From positions 352,001 to 416,000 of the forward strand of contig CAWBMV010000006.1 in NCBI GenBank assembly GCA_963789955.1: DNA of 64,000 nucleotides, given 5' to 3'. Below, piece by piece: positions 9,882-19,238 of this stretch (position 1 is the stretch's first letter; every line of letters begins with the position of its first letter). Below the pieces are notes generated by a model, which was given only the letters and a program-made list of their open reading frames with translations, had not been told where the DNA came from and did no database searches. Made by a program: the position numbers and the translations under genes. The DNA is from an uncultured Candidatus Rokubacteria bacterium (GTDB taxonomy: Bacteria; Methylomirabilota; Methylomirabilia; Rokubacteriales; CSP1-6).

Positions 9882-10253
9882 CTAGTGCGTGTGGTCGGCC
9901 AGCTCGAGGCGTAGCTGCGACAGCTCGACCGGCTTGTGGAGCACGGCGACGACACCAGGCTCCACCCGATAGCCGTGCGCGTCGTCATCGAAGCTGGTGA
10001 TGACGATGGCGGACGTGCTGGGCTCGTAGCGTCGCGCGAAGCGGAGGAGATCGAGCACGTTCAACGTGACGTGGCGCTCGGACTGCACGTTGTCGTCCAG
10101 CAACAGCAGGTCATAGGGACGCGAGAAGATCGACGCGAAGCCCGCCCACATGTCCTCGGCCAGCTTCACGTCGTGACCGTCCGCGCACAGAATCTCGCGA
10201 AGCCCTTCCCGGGCGTGACGCTCGCGCTCGACAACGAGGATGCTCAGCGACAT
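9882..10253 (-). CDS. Single-domain response regulator with atypical acidic pocket
   Basis: ILVVERE, YDLLLLD, VITS, LHKPV. Confidence 0.75.
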   Translation of the reverse strand: MSLSILVVERERHAREGLREILCADGHDVKLAEDMWAGFASIFSRPYDLLLLDDNVQSERHVTLNVLDLLRFARRYEPSTSAIVITSFDDDAHGYRVEPGVVAVLHKPVELSQLRLELADHTH

Positions 10254-10276
10254 GGTCCACCCCTGACCATTCCAGG

Positions 10277-10292
10277 AGCAACGACCGTGCCC
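10277..10292 (-). promoter_or_regulatory. sigma54 promoter
   Basis: Minus strand GGGCACGGTCGTTGCT (GGCAC-N5-TTGC), 24 nt before the ATG. Confidence 0.65.
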
Positions 10293-10399
10293 GGCGCGAG
10301 AGTGACGGTGACAAGGCGGCAAGTAGCGGAAACTACGGGCCGCCGACGGAGCCGGCGTCCCGCCGTCCGGGCGGGCGTGAAAGAACTACCTCGTACGAG

Positions 10400-10839
10400 T
10401 TACTTGGTTGCCGCGGCGAGGTCGTCGGTCAGCGCGCGAGCCTTACCGGCAAGGTTCGCGGCGCGCTGGTAGTCCTTCTGGTCGAGTGCGCTGCGCGCCT
10501 GATCGAGGAAGTTTTTCGCGGTCCGCAAGGATTCTTGCTGGGGCGGCTTCAAGGCGCGCCCTTCGAGCTCCCCCAGAGTTCGCGCGACATCGACAATGTT
10601 CTGCTGGGTGCTGTCGAGGAGCCGCTGCTCCTCAGCCGGCGGCACTTCCGGCCGGAGCGGGCCCGCCGGCGAGGTCGCGCCGGGTCTGGGCGCCGCGGTC
10701 GCGGCGCGCGTCGGCGCGGGGCTGGCGGCGGTCGTCGCGGCGCCGCCGGAGCAGCCGGTTTCTTGACGACGGCCTCGTTCCCGGCGCAACCGGACAGGAA
10801 CAACAGCGCCGACGCCGGAAGCAGGATCCGCTTCGTCAC
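10400..10839 (-). CDS. Pro/Ala-rich lipoprotein with helical C-terminal domain, frameshift near 10750
   Basis: GTG overlaps kinase stop; lipobox LLFLSGC; C-half FLDQARSALDQKDYQRAANLAGKA in another frame. Confidence 0.7.
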
Positions 10840-12655
10840 ATCTGCACGCTTCCCGACGCCACCGGAAGCGTCAGGATCATCACCGTGCCGCGATCCACTT
10901 CGGATTCGACGTCGATCCGGCCGTCGTGCATCTGCACGATCCGATACACCATCGAGAGCCCGATGCCGGACCCTTGCGACTTGGTCGTGAAGTACAGGCG
11001 GAAGATCTTCTCGAGATCCTGCGCGGGAATGCCGACGCCCTCGTCGGCGATGCGGATCTCGACGGAGCCGTCGGGTCCCAGACGCGCGCCCGAGGGTGAC
11101 CGTCCCGCCCTTCGGCATCGCCTGAATCGCGTTCGTCACCAGATTCGTGAGCGCCTGCTGGAGCAGCTCGCGGTCGCCGGCGACCGGCGGCAGCTCGGGC
11201 GCCACGTCCTCGGTAATGCGCGCTCCGGCGCGCGCCGCCTCGGGCACCATGAGGCGCGCGATCTCGGACAGCAGCGCGTCGACCTGGACCGGCGCCAGCC
11301 GGATCTCCTCCGGACGCACGAACTTCAGAAACCCCTGAACGACGCGATCGAGCCGGACGATTTCCTGGGCGATCACGTCGAGATTCTCGCGGATCGGCGG
11401 CTGGCTCGCGCCCAGACGCGCCTTCAGGAGCTCGAGGTGAATGCGCATCGCGTTGAGGGGATTTTTCACCTCGTGCGCCACACCCGAGGTCAGCCGGCCG
11501 AGCGCCGCGAGCTTCTGCGAATACGTCACGAGCGACTGCACGGCGCGGACGGGCTCGAGGTTGCGGAGCGCGAGGACGCCGCCCCCCGCGCGCTCGCCAT
11601 CGGGAATACGGTAGCTCGACACCGCAAGCTCGCGAGACTGTCCGTCGGGACACCGCACTTTCACCGCGGAGTTTCGACGCTCGATCCCGGCGTCGAACAG
11701 CTCGGTGACCACCGGCCCCAGCGGGTGATCGGCCGGCAAGAGACCCGCGAGCGCCCCCTCGGGCGAGTCGAGCGATTGGCCGAGCAGCCCTTCGGCCGCT
11801 TGATTGCAGAACACGACCTCGCGCTTGGCGTTCAGCACGATCACGGCGTCTTCGAGGCTGTCGAGGATCCCTTCCATCCGCGCCCGGTCGTTCTGCCAGT
11901 GCGATTGCTCCGCGTGCACTCGCTCGCCGAGCTGGTTGACCCGCGCCGCGAGCTCTCCGAGCTCGTCGTCGCGCGTGAGCTCGACCGTGGCGCCGTACTC
12001 GCCGCGAGCCAGCCGATCCATCCCGTTGGCGATCTTCCTCAGCGACTGGAGCAGGAGATGGCCGACGACGAGCCCGACCGCGACGGCGATACCGAGAGCG
12101 GCCAGGGCGACCGCCAGGCTATAGAGCGCGGCCTGCGCCAGCTCCTGCTTGAGCAGGCTGGTCGAGACGCCAACCCGGACGGTGCCGAAGGGGCGCTCGC
12201 CCAGGCGCATCGGAACCTGCGCCTCGTACACCTCGGGCTGGCCGAACAGCGAGGCGACGATGGCGAGCGGTCGACCGGGTCTTCAGGCGCTCGACGCTCT
12301 CGCGCGGCGGCAGGATCTCCCCCTCGAGCTTGGGATTGCTGTGGGCGAGAATCCGGTCGCTCGGATCGACCACGGCCGCGTACACGACCGTGCGCGAGTA
12401 ACCGATCATGCCCTCGAGCAGGGCACGGATGCCTGGATCCTGCTGCAGGAGTGTGGGGGAGGGCGTCGGCGAGGCGGCGACGACGCGCGAGCTCTGGTGA
12501 TACAGCTGGCGCGCCATCAGCTCGCCCTCGTCCGCCGCGGACCCGAGCGCGAGCCGCGCCACGTTCGCCAGGTGCGCCACGGTCGACGCCACCACCACGA
12601 GCAGGACCACGAAGGCGAGCGCCAGGACCTGCCGCGCGCGGAGCGTCAGACGCAT
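10836..12655 (-). CDS. Membrane sensor histidine kinase (HAMP-PAS-HisKA-HATPase), frameshifts ~12280 and ~11090
   Basis: DDELGELA HAMP; AHEVKNPL; NLVTNAIQAM; DEGVGI; TTKSQGSGIGL. Confidence 0.85.
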
Positions 12656-12660
12656 TCGCC

Positions 12661-14022
12661 TCAGGCGTTGTATTTGTGGAGCTTGTTGTGAAGTGTCTTG
12701 AGGCTGATGCCGAGAATCTCGGCGGCGCGGGTCTTGTTGCCTCCCGTTTGCTTCAGGGTCCGCAGAATCAGCTCCTTCTCGGCGTCCTCGACGGTCGTGC
12801 CGATCGGGAGCACCAGATCGGCGTCGGTGGCCGCGACGACCGGCTCCGTGGTCATGCCCAGGACAGGCAGGTGCTCGGCGCGGACCAGGTCGCCCGAGCA
12901 GATGATGACCGCCCGCTCGATCACGTTGCGAAGCTCACGAACGTTGCCCGGCCACCGATGGCGCCGGAGGACGTCGAGCGCGCTCTCGTCGACACCCCGG
13001 ACGTTACGGCCGTGACGATCGTTGAATTCCTCGACGAACGCCTGGGCCAGGTCCGAAAGGTCTTCCAGCCGGTCGCGCAGCGGCGGCAGCGCGATCGCGA
13101 AGACGTTGAGCCGATAGTAGAGATCCTCGCGCAAGGTGCCGTCCTGCAGCGCCTTCACCGGCTCCTTGTTGGTCGCCGCGACCACCCGGACATTGACGCG
13201 GATCTCGGCCTTGGCGCCGAGGCGACGGAACTGCCCCTCCTGCAGCACGCGGAGGAACTTCGCCTGGGTGCCCGGCTGCATCTCGGCGACTTCATCGAGG
13301 AAGAGCGTCCCCCCGTCGGCGAGCTCGAAGCAGCCCTGTCGCCGCTCCACGGCACCGGTGAACGAGCCGCGCTCGTGTCCGAAGATCTCGCTCTCCAGCA
13401 ATGTCTCAGGGATCGCCGCGCAGTTCACCGCAACGAAAGGCCCTCTCCGGCGCGGCGAGAGCTCGTGGACGGTGCGCGCGACCAGCTCCTTGCCCGTCCC
13501 GCTTTCGCCGGCGATGAACAACGTCGCGTCCGTGGGCGCGGACACTTCGACCTGTCGCATCACTTCCATCATGCCGCGAGAGCTGCCGAGCAACCGGCCG
13601 AACGCGCCGCGCTGCCGGAGCTGGCGCCGCAGCAGCTGGACTTCGCGCGCGGTCTCGGAACGCTCCAGCGCCCGGTCGAGCAAGAGCTGCAGGCGCGTGG
13701 GATCGACCGGCTTGGTGAGGTAGTCGTACGCGCCGTCCTTGATCGCCTGCACGGCGGTCTCGATGCTGCCCTGGCCGGTCAGGAACACGACCGCCGTGGT
13801 CGGAAAGTCGCGCTTGAGCCGCGTGAGCAGCTCGAGCCCGTCGATTCCGGGCATGACCAGGTCGGCGATCACGAGATCGGGAACCCGCACCGCCGCGCGC
13901 TCCAGAGCTTCCTGCCCGTCGCCGGCCGCGGACACGTCGTAGCCCCACACGGTCAAGAGCTCTTGAAGGCCCTTGCGCGAGGCGGGCTCGTCGTCGACGA
14001 CCAGGATTCGGTGATCCTTCAT
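12661..14022 (-). CDS. sigma54-dependent response regulator (NtrC/AtoC family)
   Basis: REC domain; GESGTGKE, GSFTGA, FLDEV, WPGNVREL; Fis-type HTH. Confidence 0.95.
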   Translation of the reverse strand: MKDHRILVVDDEPASRKGLQELLTVWGYDVSAAGDGQEALERAAVRVPDLVIADLVMPGIDGLELLTRLKRDFPTTAVVFLTGQGSIETAVQAIKDGAYDYLTKPVDPTRLQLLLDRALERSETAREVQLLRRQLRQRGAFGRLLGSSRGMMEVMRQVEVSAPTDATLFIAGESGTGKELVARTVHELSPRRRGPFVAVNCAAIPETLLESEIFGHERGSFTGAVERRQGCFELADGGTLFLDEVAEMQPGTQAKFLRVLQEGQFRRLGAKAEIRVNVRVVAATNKEPVKALQDGTLREDLYYRLNVFAIALPPLRDRLEDLSDLAQAFVEEFNDRHGRNVRGVDESALDVLRRHRWPGNVRELRNVIERAVIICSGDLVRAEHLPVLGMTTEPVVAATDADLVLPIGTTVEDAEKELILRTLKQTGGNKTRAAEILGISLKTLHNKLHKYNA

Positions 14023-14153
14023 CCGGTCCGCATGCCCAAAACGCTCCGTCGCGACGGCAGCGCCCGCCGCCTCGGACGAGGCGCTCGAGTCGGGCCGCGA
14101 GCCACCCGGCGGGATGGCGTTGGAGGCCTCAGTGTACCCCAGCGGACTCTTGC

Positions 14154-14375
14154 TCATGATGTCGCGACAATGGCGCGCGCCGGCCGGGTCCGGACCAGCC
14201 GTACGTGCGAGTTCTGCCACGCCGGAATCGACCATTCGAGTCGCGCCTGGTGCTCCACCTGATGGCCGCAGGGACCGAGCGTGATCGACATCATCTCGTC
14301 CCGATCCTCCCGCCAGTCTTCCACCCACCGCAGCGCGTGACATCGAGCGCACATCATCGTCTTTGTCGGGTTCAT
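14154..14375 (-). CDS. Small putative Zn-ribbon protein
   Basis: CARC...PCGH; ATGA overlap with upstream gene. Confidence 0.5.
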   Translation of the reverse strand: MNPTKTMMCARCHALRWVEDWREDRDEMMSITLGPCGHQVEHQARLEWSIPAWQNSHVRLVRTRPARAIVATS

Positions 14376-14671
14376 TGGTCCCTCGTGTTGTCCGGAGCCT
14401 CGTCATCGTCGTCCTCGTCCGTTGCGACCGTCGCTAGAACCACGACATCCTGGAGCACCTGGATCCCGTCCACCCGAATTCGCGCGAATCCCATTGCCAC
14501 GGCGCCGCGCAGCGAGGTATCGAATGCTTCCTTCACGGCTCGCTTGACCGCTGGATCGGAGCGATCGGTCAGGTTCACCACCGTCTGCATGCGGACGACG
14601 CGAGCCCAGGCGGGCGTGGCGACGATCATCGCCATCAACATCGCCGCCACGAGCCCTGCGAGTGTGCGCAC
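14372..14671 (-). CDS. Small secreted protein with acidic tail
   Basis: GTG start with SD; signal peptide ending PAWA; DEDDDDE tail. Confidence 0.65.
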   Translation of the reverse strand: MRTLAGLVAAMLMAMIVATPAWARVVRMQTVVNLTDRSDPAVKRAVKEAFDTSLRGAVAMGFARIRVDGIQVLQDVVVLATVATDEDDDDEAPDNTRDQ

Positions 14672-14717
14672 GGTGCCCTCCCCGATGAACCAGTCTGCTG
14701 CAAGCGTCGTCCGGGTG

Positions 14718-14733
14718 AGCATCGCCCGTGCCA
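14718..14733 (-). promoter_or_regulatory. sigma54 promoter
   Basis: Minus strand TGGCACGGGCGATGCT. Confidence 0.7.
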
Positions 14734-14752
14734 GGGCTTGGAGAAACTCGAC

Positions 14753-14765
14753 CAACTATCTGATT
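14753..14765 (-). promoter_or_regulatory. IHF-like binding site
   Basis: AATCAGATAGTTG fits WATCAR-N4-TTR, in an AT-rich patch between promoter and enhancer. Confidence 0.55.
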
Positions 14766-14838
14766 CTGTTTTGATTTGTCCCGATATGGATCGGCGTGGT
14801 GGGCAGCTTTCGACACGGCCTCGGAGCAAGAAATACGT

Positions 14839-14851
14839 TGTAAGATTTACA
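14839..14851. promoter_or_regulatory. Candidate enhancer (UAS) palindrome
   Basis: TGTAA-GAT-TTACA about 105 bp upstream of the -24 box. Confidence 0.55.
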
Positions 14852-14884
14852 CGAACGTCCGGGACACGTCAGGCTCGCGACAGC

Positions 14885-17233
14885 CTACCGGTCGCCTTGT
14901 GGTGGACTTTCCTTGGGCTCGCGCGAGCGGCGGAACCACTCGGTCAGGCGGTTCCATCCGTTCACGACGTGATCGATGACACCGCGATGCTCGTCGCAGA
15001 GAGGTGGCTCCGTCCCGACAAGGAATGCTTCACGAGCGACCACGGGGCAGGCGCGGGCGGCACGCTTGCCGTTCGTGACGTCGATATCCGCGAACGAGAT
15101 GCCCACGGGAACTTCGAAATCCGACTGCGGGTAGGCGTCGAACGCCTGCTTCATGAAGTCCACCCAGATCGGCAGCGCCGCGCGCGCGCCGCTCATGCCG
15201 TGCGGCTCGCCGCCGTCGAAGCCGACCCAGACCAGCGCCAGGAGCTTCGGCGTGTAGCCGACGAACCACGCGTCGCGGCCGTCGTTGGTGGTACCGGTCT
15301 TTCCCGCGACGACGTCGGGAAGCCCGCTCGCGCGCACCGCGCTGCCGGTCCCTGCCGTCACGACACCCTTGAGAAGCGACGTCACGAGCCAGGCTTCGGC
15401 AGGCGAGATCACTCGCACCGGCTCGTCCGCGCTCGATGGCTTGACCTCGTCGTCGCCGAACTGGACGGTGTGGATGCCGGAGATCGCGGCCGGCCTGATC
15501 CCGCCGTTCGCGAGCGGAAGATATGCGCGCGCCAGCTCGAGCGGCGTGACCTCGAACGCGCCGAGCGCCATCGCCGGAACCGGCGCGAGCTGGCTCTGGA
15601 GCCCGAGGGCGCGCGCCAGCTCGATCACGGTCGGCAGTCCAACCGTTTGGGCGATGCGGACCGTGGCCGAGTTGAGAGACTGCTCGAGCGCCTGTCGCAC
15701 GGTCACGATGCCTTCGTACCGGTCGTCGGAATTTCGGGGGCTCCAGGGTTGTCCGTTGGACTCCAGTGTGAGCGGCAAGTCCTCGACGCGCGAGGCGGCC
15801 GTGAAGAACGGCGAGCCGTCGCCGGCCCGGAGCGCGGCGAGATAGACGATCGGCTTGAAGGCCGACCCGGGCTGGCGGCGCGCCGAGGTGACTCGATTGA
15901 ACTGGCTCGCGAGATAGTCTCGACCGCCGACCAGCGCCCGGATCTCGCCGGTCGCCGGCTCGACCACGAGCATGGCGATCTGCAGACGCCGGCCCGGTTC
16001 CCGACGATAGCCGTGCGGCAGGCTCGACTCGAGCCGATCCAGGCCGCGTACGGCCGCGGCTTCGGCGAATCGCTGGAGGGTCAGGTCGAGCGTGGTGACG
16101 ATGCGAGCCCCGCGCACCCGCGAGACGCCGGGATCGAAGCGCTGCTCGATCTCCTGGCGCACGTAGTCGACGAAGTACGGCGCCGACTGGCCCGGATTCA
16201 CCAGCGAACGCACCTGCACCGGCGCGCGGCGCGCGCGCTCGTATTCGTCGGGCGTGATCATCTTCAGATCGCGCATCTGCGCGAGCACGGTGTTGCGGTG
16301 CTCGCGCGCACGGTCCGGATCGACCGCCGGGGAATAGATGTTGGGGCCGCGGATGATCGCGGCGATCAGGGCCGCCTCCGGCGTCGTCAGCTGGTGGACC
16401 TCTTTGCCGAAGTACGCGCGTGACGCCGCCCCGACGCCGCGGAGCGCGATGGGCCCGCGCTGTCCCAGATAGATCTCGTTCAGGTAGGCTTCGAGGATCC
16501 GCTCCTTCGAATAGCGCGACTCGATCAGCGCGGCCAGCCACGCTTCCCGCAGCTTGCGGAAGAACGTGCGCTGCGGGCTGAGCAGCCGGACCTTCACGAG
16601 CTGCTGCGTGATCGTGCTGCCGCCTTCCTTGACCCTGCCGGCGCGGAGGTTGGCCCACGCGGCGCGGAGCAGCGCGCGAGGATCGAGGCCGCCGTGCGCG
16701 AAGAATCGGTGGTCCTCGGCCGCCAGCACGGCGTCGATCAAGACCTTCGGCGTCTCGTCGAGCCGGATCGGCTTGTGGTCTTCACCCGGCCGGTCCGCCG
16801 CACTCGAGAGCACCTCGGGCTCGAGCGCCACCGCCCCCGCGTCCTGGCCGGAGCGCGTGACCTTGGTAATCCGATCGTCGGCGAGCTGCAGGCGGACGAG
16901 CTGAGCAGGACCGGCGCCGGTCTCGTCGCCACCTCGAAGATAGATGTCCCAACCCTCCGAGGAGCGACGGAAGAGACCGGGCGAGGGAGGGACCGAGCGC
17001 GTCTCCTTGTAGCCGAGGCGAGCGAGCGTGGCCACCAGGCCGACGCGCTGGACGTGCACGCCGGGCGCCAGGGTTTGACCGGCGGCGTAGATGAACGTCG
17101 CCCGGCGGGCGTCGGCGCGCTCGAACTTGTGGAGCTCGATCGCGGAGTAGATGAAGGGAGCGCCGGCCACGGAGACGATCGCCGCGATCAGAGCCCATCG
17201 TCGCCAGCGGCGGAATTGCTCGGTCAATTTCAC
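14885..17233 (-). CDS. mrcB: Bifunctional penicillin-binding protein 1B
   Basis: N-terminal TM and UB2H-like region; EDHRFFAHGG, GGSTITQQLVK, RKLRE; SAFK, SLN, KTG motifs. Confidence 0.9.
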   Translation of the reverse strand: MKLTEQFRRWRRWALIAAIVSVAGAPFIYSAIELHKFERADARRATFIYAAGQTLAPGVHVQRVGLVATLARLGYKETRSVPPSPGLFRRSSEGWDIYLRGGDETGAGPAQLVRLQLADDRITKVTRSGQDAGAVALEPEVLSSAADRPGEDHKPIRLDETPKVLIDAVLAAEDHRFFAHGGLDPRALLRAAWANLRAGRVKEGGSTITQQLVKVRLLSPQRTFFRKLREAWLAALIESRYSKERILEAYLNEIYLGQRGPIALRGVGAASRAYFGKEVHQLTTPEAALIAAIIRGPNIYSPAVDPDRAREHRNTVLAQMRDLKMITPDEYERARRAPVQVRSLVNPGQSAPYFVDYVRQEIEQRFDPGVSRVRGARIVTTLDLTLQRFAEAAAVRGLDRLESSLPHGYRREPGRRLQIAMLVVEPATGEIRALVGGRDYLASQFNRVTSARRQPGSAFKPIVYLAALRAGDGSPFFTAASRVEDLPLTLESNGQPWSPRNSDDRYEGIVTVRQALEQSLNSATVRIAQTVGLPTVIELARALGLQSQLAPVPAMALGAFEVTPLELARAYLPLANGGIRPAAISGIHTVQFGDDEVKPSSADEPVRVISPAEAWLVTSLLKGVVTAGTGSAVRASGLPDVVAGKTGTTNDGRDAWFVGYTPKLLALVWVGFDGGEPHGMSGARAALPIWVDFMKQAFDAYPQSDFEVPVGISFADIDVTNGKRAARACPVVAREAFLVGTEPPLCDEHRGVIDHVVNGWNRLTEWFRRSREPKESPPQGDR

Positions 17234-17276
17234 CTCGAGTCTATCAGGCTCGACGTCCTACGACGGCTGCGAACCG

Positions 17277-17292
17277 TGCACCGGATGTGCCA
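17277..17292 (-). promoter_or_regulatory. sigma54 promoter upstream of PBP1B
   Basis: Minus strand TGGCACATCCGGTGCA. Confidence 0.6.
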
Positions 17293-17386
17293 GCGAGCGC
17301 CGGTCTTTGTCGAATGGACTTAGCGCGTGCTCGCAGGACTCATGCACCGAGCTCGACGTCAGATCGGTGACACCTGTCGAAGTCGG

Positions 17387-17794
17387 CTAGGAGGAACGGG
17401 GCGGAGCGAGCGGATCCGGCCGGCCGAGCGCCGCGGCAACGGTCTGGTGCAGCTGCCCGAGCCCGACCGGCTTCGCCACGTACGCGAAGGCGCCCATCTC
17501 CATCGCCTTCGGCCTGAGCGTCGCGTCGGGGCTGCCCGAGATCATGATCACGCGGATCGCTGGATCGAGCGCGCGAATGCGCTCGAGAACCTGGACACCG
17601 TTGAGGCCTTCCATCATGACGTCCAGCACGACGACATCTGGACGGTACTGCGAGACCGCGATGAGCGCGTCGCCGCCGTGCGCCGCCGCGTCGACCGCGT
17701 AGCCCGCTTCGGAGAAATACCGGGTCAGGATCGTGACGAGGTCCGGCTCGTCGTCCACCACGAGAATGCGGCCCTGGGACCCGGTGTCGCGCAT
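17387..17794 (-). CDS. Single-domain response regulator
   Basis: ILVVDDE, VVLDVMMEGLNG, MISG, AKPV. Confidence 0.9.
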   Translation of the reverse strand: MRDTGSQGRILVVDDEPDLVTILTRYFSEAGYAVDAAAHGGDALIAVSQYRPDVVVLDVMMEGLNGVQVLERIRALDPAIRVIMISGSPDATLRPKAMEMGAFAYVAKPVGLGQLHQTVAAALGRPDPLAPPRSS

Positions 17795-17862
17795 CTCCGT
17801 ACGATTATCGCCCCTGGGGCCTCGCCCTCGTATGTGGATTGCGAAGCTGTAGAATTCTGTCG

Positions 17863-18063
17863 TTACGCCATCGATCTTGCCTCGACCTCGTCGACCGGGG
17901 CGCCCAGGTCCTCGGGCGTCGTCGACTGGTCGAGCCAGAGCGAGTGGCCGCAGAGGCAGCACTTCCAGAGCAATCGAGTCGTCGCCAGGCATGCGAAGCG
18001 CCGCGCCTCGGAGATATGGGACTTGTCGAGCGTGAGTGGTCCGCCGCACCGGCACGTGATCAT
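17863..18063 (-). CDS. Small Cys-rich putative Zn-ribbon protein
   Basis: CRCGG...KCCLCGH; SD GGAGGT. Confidence 0.6.
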   Translation of the reverse strand: MITCRCGGPLTLDKSHISEARRFACLATTRLLWKCCLCGHSLWLDQSTTPEDLGAPVDEVEARSMA

Positions 18064-18090
18064 CGGGGCACCTCCGTTCCGCAGGGGAGG

Positions 18091-18106
18091 TGCATCCCTT
18101 GGGCCA
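18091..18106 (-). promoter_or_regulatory. Possible sigma54 promoter
   Basis: Minus strand TGGCCCAAGGGATGCA (GG-N10-GC). Confidence 0.5.
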
Positions 18107-18217
18107 GCGATAAGCCTCCGATTCCATTGCGCTCTTCGCCGCTCGACCTCGGGCGGATTGGCAACCTCGGGAAGCGGGGGTGACCGCCCTCGTCACGCCG
18201 ATAGCGCGTGGTACGCC

Positions 18218-19052
18218 GTGACCTCCCGCCGCCTCGTCGAGCGGCTGCAGTCGCTCTACCCGGAGGCCTCCCGTCGCAGCCTCAAACAATGGCTCACGGG
18301 CTCGCGGGTCAGGGTCAACGGTGCCGTGGTCGTCCGCGGCGACGTCGAGGTCGATCCGGCCGATCGGATCGAGCTGACGTCACCCGCGCCGCCCGCGTGC
18401 CCGGCGCCGCTGCGACTCGTCCACGAGGACGACGACATCCTCGTGGTCGACAAGCCCTCCGGCCTCCTGACCATCGCCACCGAGAGCGAGCGCGAGCGCA
18501 CGGCCTACCGGCTTCTTCGCGACTGGGTCGCGCGCCGCGACACGCGCGCGGCCCGGCTCTTCATCGTTCACCGGCTCGATCGGGAAACCTCGGGCCTGAT
18601 CGTCTTCGCCAAATCGGTGGCGGCCAAGGAGCATCTGCAGGCGCAGTTCGCGGTACGCACCGCCGAGCGGCTCTACATCGCCCTCGCCGAGGGCGTCATG
18701 CGCCAGGACGGAAGGCTCGCTGGTCTCGCGCCTCGTCGAGGACCGCGCGTTGCGTGTGCGGGTCGCGCAGCGCGGAGACGGCAAGGAGGCCATCACGCGC
18801 TATCGAGTCCTCGAGCGCCGGCGCGGCACGACCCTGGTCGAGCTACGGCTGGTGACCGGGCGCCGCGCTCAGATTCGCGCCCAGCTCGCCGCGGCGGGCC
18901 ATCCCATCGCGGGCGACGCTCAGTACGGCGGCCGGACAGATCCGATGAGGCGGCTGGCGCTCCACGCGACGCGACTCGCGTTCGTGCATCCGCGCGGCGA
19001 CCGAGTCAGCTTCGACAGCCCGCTGCCGACGGCATTCGGCCACCGGACGTGA
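18218..19052 (+). CDS. RluA/RluD-family pseudouridine synthase with S4 domain, frameshift ~18712
   Basis: VVDKPSGL, HRLDRETSG, TGRRAQIR, HPIAGDAQYG, LALHA. Confidence 0.9.
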
Positions 19053-19085
19053 CGGCGGTGCTATGATCCGCGGCGAAAGTCCATC

Positions 19086-19238
19086 ATGAACGATCCCGAG
19101 AAGCAGGTGAGCGCGGACGTCGCCGGTCTCGCCGCGGCCATCGAGCGGATGGCGGCTGATCTCGCGATCGGCGAGGAGCCGGCGGGCTTCGTGCTGGCGC
19201 TCGAAGGCGACGCGAAGTCCGAAGAGCCTCGTGACTGA
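19086..19238 (+). CDS. Small acidic protein preceding amidase, 50 aa, absent from ORF track
   Basis: MNDPEKQVSADVAGLAAAIERMAADLAIGEEPAGFVLALEGDAKSEEPRD; overlaps amidase start. Confidence 0.6.
   Translation: MNDPEKQVSADVAGLAAAIERMAADLAIGEEPAGFVLALEGDAKSEEPRD

Noticed and set aside
10408..14262. 1284-aa and other long antisense or alternate-frame ORFs
   Set aside because: Expected in high-GC DNA opposite real genes; Arg/Ala/Pro-rich with no recognisable motifs.
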